A DNA stretch of 37,732 nucleotides from Eledone cirrhosa (Eukaryota), in NCBI GenBank assembly GCA_964016885.1, contig CAXHJY010001613.1:1-37732 (forward strand), in the 5' to 3' direction. The translations under genes were made by a program, and so were the position numbers. The stretch's first letter is position 1. Each line of letters opens with the position of its first letter. The notes below the pieces were generated by a model. That model was not told where the DNA came from. It did not search any database and saw only the letters and a list, made by a program, of their open reading frames with translations. Of this stretch, positions 1 through 15,041 are shown piece after piece.

Positions 1-4797
<4,797 letters not shown>

Positions 4798-5198
4798 AGG
4801 CATATGTCAAGACGGGCGGTCTCAAAAGTGAAACTAATCTGACGATTGTGAATTTGTTTGTTTTTTTACAACAGGTCTCAATAGTGAAAGTATAATGCAG
4901 ACGCACGCAATTGTATGGATTTTTTAATGTATATATATGTGTGGGTGTGTATATCTGTGTATATATATGTGTGTGTGTGTATGTATATATATATATGTGT
5001 GTTTTTTTATATATGAAAACCAACGGCTGAGCAGCCTAATTTGCATATTGAGTGAGCTAAGTCGGTCAGGCATACCGAAAACGATGAGTTGAAAAAAATG
5101 AAAACGAAATTTCATTTCTCACTCTTAGTACGGCACTTACTTAAATGTAAGTATGTGTGTATACGTACATACATATATGTATACAGACGTACAGTAGC

Positions 5199-5243
<45 letters not shown>

Positions 5244-5317
5244 TATACACATATACATACAGGTACACATACATATATGCACGTATCAGTTTAGCATATC
5301 GTTCCTGTGTCAGTGTT
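4798..5317. other. Short unique-sequence island with no recognisable TE homology; possible regulatory element or exon
   Basis: Non-repetitive sequence with GGGCGG (4814-4819), AAAAGTGAAACT (4824-4835), AATAGTGAAAGT (4880-4891), ATTTGCAT (5039-5046), GAAAACGAAA (5100-5109) and GTAAGT (5147-5152). Function not established. Confidence 0.35.
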
Positions 5318-5358
5318 ACATATATACATATATACATATATATACATATATATATACA

Positions 5359-5389
<31 letters not shown>

Positions 5390-6015
5390 ATATATATACA
5401 TATATACATACATATATATATATATATACATACATATACATACATATACATACATATATATACATACATACATACATATATATACATACACATATACATA
5501 CATACATACATATATATATATATACATATACATACATATATATATATATACATATACATACATACATATATATATATATACATATACATACATATATATA
5601 TATATACATATACATACATATATATATATATACATATACATACATATATATATATATACATATACATACATATATATATATATACATATACATACATATA
5701 TATATATATACATATACATACATATATATATATATACATATACATACATATATATATATATACATATACATACATATATATATATATACATATACATACA
5801 TATATATATATATACATATACATACATATATATATATATACATATACATACATATATATATATACATATACATTACATATATATATATACATATACATTA
5901 CATATATATATATATACATATACATACATATATATATATACATATACATTACATATATATATATATACATATACATACATATATATATATACATATACAT
6001 TACATATATATATAT

Positions 6016-6050
<35 letters not shown>

Positions 6051-6507
6051 CATATATATATACATATACATACATATATATATATATACATATATATATA
6101 CATATACATACATATACATATATATATACATATACATACATATATATATATATACATATATATATACATATACATACATATATATATATATACATATATA
6201 TATACATATACATACATATATATATACATACATATATATATACATATATACATACATATATATATACATACATATATACATACATATATACATATACATA
6301 CATATATACATACATATATATATACATACATATATATATACATACATATATACATACATACATATATATATACATACATACATATATATATACATACATA
6401 CATATATATATACATACATATATATATACATACATATATATATACATACATACATATATATATACATACATATATATATACATACATATATATATACATA
6501 CATATAC

Positions 6508-6542
<35 letters not shown>

Positions 6543-6602
6543 CATACATATAATATATATATATATACATACATATATATATATATATATACATACATAT
6601 AC

Positions 6603-6639
<37 letters not shown>

Positions 6640-7248
6640 CATACATACATATACATATATATATATATACATACATATACATATATATATATATACATAC
6701 ATATACATATATATATATATACATACATATACATATATATATATATACATACATATACATATATATATATATACATACATATACATATATATATATATAC
6801 ATACATATATACATATATATACACATATATATATATATACATACATATATATATACATACATATATATATACATACATATATATATACATATATATACAC
6901 ATACATATATATATACACATACATATATATATACACATACATATATACATATATATATACACATACACATATATATACACATACATATATATATACACAT
7001 ACATATACACACATATATATATATACACATACATATATATATATACACATACATATATATATATACACATACATATATATATATACACATACATATATAT
7101 ATATACACATACATATATATATATACACATACATATATATATATACACATACATATATATATATAAAGATACATATATATATACACATACATATATATAT
7201 ATACACATACATATACATATATACACATACATATACATATATACATAT

Positions 7249-7279
<31 letters not shown>

Positions 7280-7360
7280 TATATATACATATATATATAC
7301 ATATATATATATACATATATATATACATACATATATATATACACATATATATATACATAC

Positions 7361-7391
<31 letters not shown>

Positions 7392-7695
7392 CATATATAT
7401 ATACATATATATATACATATATATATACATACATATATATATATACATACATATATACATATATATATACATACATATATATATATACATACATATATAT
7501 ATACATATATATATACATATATATATACATACATATATATATATACATACATATATATATACATATATATATACATATATATATACATATATATATACAT
7601 ATATATATATACATACATATATATATACATATATATATACATATATATATACATATATATATATACATATATACATACATATATATATACATATA
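5318..7695. repeat. Compound (TA)n/(TACA)n microsatellite
   Basis: Direct reading; same polarity as 1-4797. Confidence 0.99.
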
Positions 7696-8002
7696 TAGAT
7701 AAATCTACCAAAAATTTACGGTAGTGTCCAGTCCGTATGAAGAACTCAATGTAATCCGGATATCATGAAAAGAGAAGATGCATTCAAAAACTATTTTCGG
7801 TGAAAATTAACGGAAAACAGAGTCAAGATAAATTAATAAAATAATGAATAAACAAATAAACAGTTCCTTATATTAAAAAAAATTCATCATTTTACGATCG
7901 TTTCTAGGATATATATGTGTTAGAGTTGGTATGCATATTCTATAGATCTATGTACAATATTTATACAAACTATCAGAGGGAATATACATACCTACACATA
8001 TA
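7696..8002 (-). repeat. 3' pseudo-LTR segment of family A (direct repeat of 11822-12128)
   Basis: tagataaatctaccaaaaatttacgg...cctacacatata recurs at an offset of 4126 with about 5 substitutions seen by eye. Confidence 0.95.
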
Positions 8003-8025
8003 TATGCTGTCTTCAGAAATAATGA
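7884..8025 (-). ncRNA. Type I hammerhead ribozyme motif with greatly extended stem II
   Basis: Minus strand reads UCAUUAUUU-CUGAAGA-[105 nt]-GAA-ACGAUCGU-A-AAAUGAUGA. Stem I is 9 bp (one GU); stem III is a self-complementary 8-mer; the cleavage triplet is GUA; the insert folds back in 12-bp, 13-bp and 6-bp helices. Confidence 0.8.
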
Positions 8026-8465
8026 TATTTGTTTATTGAAAAAAAAACAAAGATTCAATACAATAGGTCTGTTTGGGAACAGGTTTTGAATTGACCAATA
8101 GAGAGATAGTGAGGGTCAAGATAGTAATATAGTAGTAGAAGAACCTTAAATTATGGGTAGAGGAAAGTAGATTTCAGTTTTGGATGGAAAAGAATATTAT
8201 GAATGAAAGATTATTTTAGGGATGAAAATAGGTCGTATGCTGACCTCAGATATAATTATATTTGTTCATTGAATAAAACCAACAAAGATCTAATATATTC
8301 TGTCTGTTTGGTAAGAGGTTTAGAATTAACCAATAGAAAGTTAATAATTGGCCAAATGCTAAAATAGTAGTAATTGAAGCTTATTTTAGGGGTAGAATAA
8401 GGCAGATTTCAGTTTTGAATGGAGTGTGAAGAATGAGAAAGTTATTTTAGGGGTGAAAATAAGTC
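8003..8465 (-). repeat. Diverged tandem duplication (about 233-bp period) in the family A 3' UTR
   Basis: tatgctgtcttcagaaataatgatatttgtttattgaa (8003) vs tatgctgacctcagatataattatatttgttcattgaa (8236); shared blocks gtctgtttgg, accaataga, atagtagta, agatttcagtttt, ttattttaggg, tgaaaata. Confidence 0.85.
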
Positions 8466-8720
8466 AGGTCAGTAAAAGGTATATGAGCAGTTGCTGTTAT
8501 AAACCAGTAATGCCAATGCAAATATCTAAGGAGACTAAAATTTTATGATAAGAGTGTTAGTGAAAAAAATACATCCATGAAAAGAATATAAATTAATTTA
8601 ATTGATGGGTATATTTATATTGATAAAATTATACTAATGCATATAGATATGATAAATAAGAGTTAGATGCAGTTGAAGAGTGCTGTTAAAGATGAGGGGA
8701 AATTAAAAGAATATAAAAAT

Positions 8721-8721
8721 A

Positions 8722-8758
<37 letters not shown>

Positions 8759-8803
8759 CACATACACACACACATATATATATATATATATACACATATA
8801 TAT

Positions 8804-8836
<33 letters not shown>

Positions 8837-8847
8837 CACATATATAT

Positions 8848-8878
<31 letters not shown>

Positions 8879-8889
8879 CACATATATAT

Positions 8890-8922
<33 letters not shown>

Positions 8923-8995
8923 CACATATATATATATACATACAGACATATATACATACATACATACACACACATACATAGTTACATATACATAT
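8721..8995. repeat. (TA)/(CA) microsatellite internal to the family A 3' UTR
   Basis: Flanked on both sides by family A sequence; present inverted in the second copy. Confidence 0.92.
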
Positions 8996-9233
8996 AATTA
9001 TTGGGGGGGGGATTAAATTTATTAGTGAGAAATAATAAATATATAGATATTTCAAGGAACATAGAGTCATAACCTGAAGTTAAGGCATTATATATGTTTA
9101 CTTAATGGTATCAGTTTTAGGAAATGATAGTTGTAAGAAGGAAAGTAAAATTATGTGGTTCATCAGTAGTAGAATATTAATTATAGGTTAACTAAATTAA
9201 AAACAGTTTATATATTAATTTCTAAAGTGTATA

Positions 9234-11661
9234 TTAATTAGGTTTATAATATTTAAAGGTTTTTCTCAGTTTATGATTACACGATATTATTAATTCCTGT
9301 CGCTTATTTAATAGTATATCCTTAGATTTCATTATTTCAAAAAGTTCTTGGGAACATAATCTACATTCATATCTACTATTTTGATAAGGGGTGGCCCTTT
9401 TGAGTACACTCCAGGTCAGGTCATAATCTATATTCCTCTTTCTATAATTATTAATTATTTCAGCTCGAGATGTTGTATTAGCTAGTGCGGCATTTTTAAA
9501 ACTATGTTTGTGGGTATTAAATCTTACCTTAAATTTGTTAGAGGTAGCTCCTATATATGAATAAATTGAGTCCTTAGTGTTAACTTTACATTTATATACT
9601 ATGTTATTAACAAGGCAATTTCCTTTTAATGGACAGTTTGCCTTGTTTCTACAGTTACAACTTTTCGTGAATCCTGTATCTGAGGAGATATTATGGTTTG
9701 TTTGATGTACTGGTGGTATACTCATGGTCTTTTTACATTTATATGCATTGTAGGCACTTATATTTTGTTTTATGTTTTTGGTTGTTGAGTAGGAGAATTT
9801 AACCGTCGATCTATTTAAAATGTGATGGTATTTGTGGTTTGGCGGGAAGTTTTTCTCTAGGATATTAAAGAATTTTTTAGGTATATTATCCTTAATTTGT
9901 AAATTAAATGGAGCATTATACCAAGTAACTCGTCTATTACGGTTTCGATGTTGTTTATTGTTTTTATAGGATGTATCCTGATGTTTATTAAGAGAATTAT
10001 TGTTAATGACCTCACCACACACATTTTTAGTTAGATTTATTGATTTAGGTGTTTTAGCTTGTTTATTAGGAGTTTTATTATTAACATTTATTAGAGTTGT
10101 AGGATGAGTAGTTTTTTGAGAGTTACTATATTGTATATTAGAAGAGTTAGAGAAATTTGGTTTTATGTTGGTGTTTTGGGGTATAGTGTGAGTGGCATTT
10201 AGGTGTGTATGTTTCATTTGGTGTTTGTTGGTAATATTAGGTTGTATGTTTGTAGTGTTATTGGTAGAAGGTATATATACTAATTTATCTTTGTGGCCAC
10301 TTCTAGCTAGAGCTTCGTTATAAAGGTCGCATTTTTATCAAATACACCTTGGTTAGACGAAAGGTTAGACATTCTAAGTGATATATTATCTGCAAGGTTT
10401 TTAAGGATAGATTTAGGGGGATTAGATTGTGAGTGTATGTAGTGTAAATTTTGGTTGGGTTTATGGTAAGGTTGGTAGATACCCGTAGATAAGTCTAATG
10501 TTATATCTAGGAAATTAACTACTTTACTTGTGTTTTCAAATGTTATATCTAGACTATAATAGTCTTTAAGGAATGTTCTAATAAGCTTTTTATTTTTTTC
10601 TATCTCTGAAAGGCTAAGGTTGTTGGAAAGGAGAAGACGGTCGTCACGATATAAACCACCTTTAAGGTGGGGAAAGGAAGCATTTATGTTAAAAAGAAGA
10701 AAGAGGCCCACAAGATCAGTAATTTGGGCAGAATCGCTTGAGCCCATAGTAATATCGAATAGATTATTATATGTGTTTCTGGTCCAGTATTCATTCTGAA
10801 ATTCCAGTAGTGTTAGTCTAGCATGTGTAATAATATTAATGTCATCCAAAGTTAAGTTAGATCTATTTTTAGCAAATATCAAGGCTTTGTTCAGGAGTAT
10901 AGGTGATATAGAAGAATAATAATTATCTATATCAAATTGTAGAAATGAAGCAGAGGATTTATTTCTAATATTATTAAACCAGTTAATTATCTGGGATGTG
11001 TTTTCCCAGAGTGGTAAATTAACATATTTTCTTAGTTGTGGGATGACTATCTAAAATTTTTTTACTAATGATTCCAATAGTATATAAGCCTTATAGAAGG
11101 ATTAGAGTTAAAGTTAGATTTATGATCTTTCGGGTTGAAGTGTGGTCTTTTCAGTACCAAAGGTTCAGTTCTATCTTCAATATTAAGTCTATTCACTATG
11201 CTGTGTGTTTTGTTGTTGATGTTGGTAAGTGACGCATTGTTTGTTTTTCTATAATTTTTCCTGAGTTCTTTATAAATGAATTCATTGTAATTTTCAATAT
11301 CCATGTGATATAGATTTCCAGTTTTGTCCGAGTGGACATGGATTTTTTTTAGGTCCAATAGGGTAGAATCAAGGTCCTTTTGAAAATTAGATTTATACCT
11401 CTTAAATTTGAGGTGTTTGATTAAATTAAAAAGGTCTTTCTCAAAGTTTTCAAGTAAGGAGTTGTGTGGTGGATTTTTATATGTAGTGAAATCATACAAG
11501 TATTTCCTATCAGTAGATTTTGTTTTTTTATCGAAGTGGTAGGCCCTCCATCTGACTCTTCTGATAAATTGGTTGGTTTTTTGTATCATAAGAAGTAAGA
11601 AATCATCCTTAGAAGGTAATGGTATATTCTTTAAAGAAGTTCCCAAGTATTGTTTTTCCAT
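9234..11661 (-). pseudogene. Frameshifted PLE RT / GIY-YIG endonuclease ORF (family A)
   Basis: ATG at 11661 (MEKQYLGTSLKNIPLPS..FIRRVRWRAYHF); SDKTGN; motif A FLQFDIDNYYSSIS (read upstream of ORF 10307..10882); motif B' FDITMGSSDSAQITDLVG; motif C GLYRDD; NFLDITL; linker CNCRNKANCPLKGNC; endonuclease IVYKCKV..YIGATSNKFKVRFNTH; C-terminal CRLC..LLNKRQE..CNH. Broken near 11040-11090 and near 10320, where the alternative frame resumes YNEALARSGHK. Confidence 0.92.
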
Positions 11662-11821
11662 TGTGATATGGATAATGGACAAGAAAAAGAGCTCAACTAT
11701 TTATATATGGAGTTAAAAGTTATACACATATATGTATATATATATAAATATATATACACATACAATACATATACATTCACAAAAAATAAGAATATCCCCA
11801 TAAAAATAGGAGCAAAGTATG

Positions 11822-12128
11822 TAGATAAATCTACCAAAAATTTACGGTGGTGTCCAATCCGTATGAAGAACTCAATGTAATCTGGAAATCATGAAAAGAG
11901 AAGATGCATTCAAAAACTATTTTCGGTGAAAATTAACGGAAAACAGAGTCAAGATAAATTAATAAAATAATGAATAAACAAAGAAACAGTTCCTTATATT
12001 AAAAAAAATTCATCATTTTACGATCGTTTCTAGGATATATATGTGTTAGAGTTGGTATGCATATTCTATAGATCTATGTACAATATTTATACAAACTATC
12101 AGAGGGAATATACATACCTACACATATA
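11822..12128 (-). repeat. 5' pseudo-LTR segment of family A, truncated at the inversion junction
   Basis: Copy of 7696-8002. Keeps the GAAACGAUCGUA half of the ribozyme but stops before CUGAAGA. Confidence 0.93.
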
Positions 12129-12571
12129 CAGGATTCACGAAAAGTTGTAACTGTAGAAACAAGGCAAACTGTCCATTAAAAGGAAATTGCCTTGTTAATA
12201 ACATAGTATATAAATGTAAAGTTAACACTAAGGACTCAATTTATTCATATATAGGAGCTACCTCTAACAAATTTAAGGTAAGATTTAATACCCACAAACA
12301 TAGTTTTAAAAATGCCGCACTAGCTAATACAACATCTCTAGCTGAAATAATTAATAATTATAGAAAGAGGAATATAGATTATGACCTGACCTGGAGTGTG
12401 CTCAAAAGGGCCACCCCTTATCAAAATAGTAGATATGAATGTAGATTATGTTCCCAAGAACTTTTTGAAATAATGAAATCTAAGGATATACTATTAAATA
12501 AGCGACAGGAATTAATAATATCGTGTAATCATAAACTGAGAAAAACCTTTAAATATTATAAACCTAATTAA
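12128..12571 (+). pseudogene. GIY-YIG endonuclease C-terminal fragment of the family A ORF (no start codon)
   Basis: Reads TGFTKSCNCRNKANCPLKGNC...YIGAT...FKYYKPN* in one frame, matching the end of ORF 9234..10217 (-). Confidence 0.92.
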
Positions 12572-12814
12572 TATACACTTTAGAAATTAATATATAAACT
12601 GTTTTTAATTTAGTTAACCTATAATTAATATTCTACTACTGATGAACCACATAATTTTACTTTCCTTCTTACAACTATCATTTCCTAAAACTGATACCAT
12701 TAAGTAAACATATATAATGCCTTAACTTCAGGTTATGACTCTATGTTCCTTGAAATCTCTATATATTTATTATTTCTCACTAATAAATTTAATCTCCCCC
12801 CCCCCCCAATAATT

Positions 12815-13384
<570 letters not shown>

Positions 13385-13514
13385 ATACTTTGGGAGGGTC
13401 ATGTTGCCAATAAGAAACACACGCACCAGTTGCTTTCACTTCAATTTATTATATATTTATAAATTTATGAATTTCTGGTTGGTTGGTTCCACAACCAGAT
13501 AGTTGTTTATATAT

Positions 13515-13559
13515 AGTCATAGTTCTTTCGTCACACACTCTGTGACCTCTTCAGTGACT
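13515..13559 (-). ncRNA. Minimal type I hammerhead ribozyme (element C, left arm)
   Basis: Exact reverse complement of 13689-13733. Confidence 0.85.
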
Positions 13560-13688
13560 GGGGATTCCTTTCTTTGTTTCTGTGCCTCTCCTTTGTTCTG
13601 TCCTACGCCATTTTGTTTCTGTGTTTCAGAAACAAAATGGCGTAGGACAGAACAAAGGAGAGGCACAGAAACAAAGAAAGGAATCCCC

Positions 13689-13733
13689 AGTCACTGAAGA
13701 GGTCACAGAGTGTGTGACGAAAGAACTATGACT
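13689..13733 (+). ncRNA. Minimal type I hammerhead ribozyme (element C, right arm)
   Basis: AGUCA-CUGAAGA-G-GUCACA-gagug-UGUGAC-GAAA-GAAC-UA-UGACU: 5-bp stem I, 6-bp stem II, minimal stem III, CUA triplet (predicted cut after 13728). Confidence 0.85.
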
Positions 13734-13929
13734 ATATATAAACAACTATCTGGTTGTGGAACGAACCAACCAACCAGAAATTTATAAATTTATAAATATA
13801 TAATAAATTGAAGTGAAAGCAACTGGTGCATGTGTTTCTTATTGGCAACATGACCCTCCCAAAGTATAACTATATCGGTTTCAACACACGATTTCAGATA
13901 AAGAATCTTGCTAAACAAATTCAGAAACG

Positions 13930-13973
<44 letters not shown>

Positions 13974-14677
13974 ATATATATATTATTTTTATATTCTTTT
14001 AATTTCCCCTCATCTTTAACAGCACTCTTCAACTGCATCTAACTCTTATTTATCATATCTATATGCATTAGTATAATTTTATCAATATAAATATACCCAT
14101 CAATTAAATTAATTTATATTCTTTTCATAGATGTATTTTTTTACTATCACTCTTATCATAACATTTTAGTCTCCTTAGATATTTGCATTGGCATTACTGG
14201 TTTATAACAGCAACTGCTCATACCCCTTTTACTGACCTGACCTATTTTCACCCTTAAAATAACTTTCTCATTCTTCATACTCCATTCAAAACTGAAATCT
14301 GCCTTATTCTACCCCTAAAATAAGCTTCAATTACTACTATTTTACCATTTGGTCAATTATTAACTTTCTATTGGTTAATTCTAAACCTCTTACCAAACAG
14401 ACAGAATATATTAGATCTTTGTTGGTTTTATTCAATGAACAAATATAATTATTTCTGAGGTCAGCATACGACCTATTTTCATCCCTAAAATAATCTTTCA
14501 TTCATAATATCCTTTTCCATCCAAAACTGAAATCTACCTTCCTCTACCCATAATTTAATGTTCTTCTACTACTATATTACTATCTTGACCCTCACTATCT
14601 CTCTATTGGTCAATTCAAAACCTGTTCCCAAACAGACCTATTGTATTGAATCTTTGTTTTTTTTCAATAAACAAATA

Positions 14678-14819
14678 CCATTATTTCTAAAGACAGCATA
14701 TATATGTGTAGGTATGTATATTCCCTCTGATAGTTTGTATAAATATTGTACATAGATCTATAGAATATGCATACCAACTCTAAAACATATATATCCTAGA
14801 AAGGATCGTAAAATGATGA
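14678..14819 (+). ncRNA. Mutated copy of the extended-stem-II hammerhead (probably inactive)
   Basis: Same 142-nt layout as 7884-8025, but the core reads CUAAAGA (G5 to A) and GAAAGGAUCGUA (stem III mismatch). Confidence 0.75.
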
Positions 14820-15041
14820 ATTTTTTTAATATAAGGAACTGTTTCTTTGTTTATTCATTATTTTATTAATATATACATATATATATACATACATATACAT
14901 ATATACACATATATATACATATATATATACACATATACATATATACACATATATATATATATACACATATATATGTTTCGACACACGATTTCATATAAAA
15001 AACCTCGCAAAACTAATTTATCGCCGCTATGGCATTAGCTT

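Larger units (their letters stand above)
7696..12128 (-). mobile_element. Penelope-like retroelement family A, near full-length copy (probably Hydra clade)
   Basis: RT+GIY-YIG frame remnants on the minus strand, bounded by a 307-bp direct repeat (7696-8002 and 11822-12128, pseudo-LTR) that contains a hammerhead motif. The 3' end runs into (TA)n. Clade assignment rests on recalled motifs (CxCx5Cx5C linker, YRDD, TA targeting) and is less certain than the PLE call. Confidence 0.9.
13377..13933. mobile_element. Element C: ORF-less palindrome of two inverted PLE pseudo-LTRs, related to family B
   Basis: Near-perfect inverted repeat 13382-13870 centred on 13624 with a 5-nt loop (tgttt). One hammerhead per arm, pointing outward. 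The right tail translates MTLPKYNYIGFNTRFQIKNLAKQIQKRN, homologous to the family B N-terminus. Confidence 0.88.

Noticed and set aside
4818-4895. Hammerhead-like words CTGACGA and GAAA in the unique island
   Set aside because: No consistent stems I-III could be built around them.
13377-13933. Elements C and D as DNA-transposon MITEs or as assembly fold-backs
   Set aside because: Outer ends are unequal, arms differ by substitutions or indels, both carry hammerheads, and C carries a PLE N-terminal coding tail. Long-read confirmation is still advisable.
14326-14755. Possible second ORF in the A 3' UTR (repeat units share YYY.TI..LLVNSKP..KQT with synonymous-looking changes)
   Set aside because: In-frame TAA stops and a frame change occur within the units; explained by nucleotide-level duplication.
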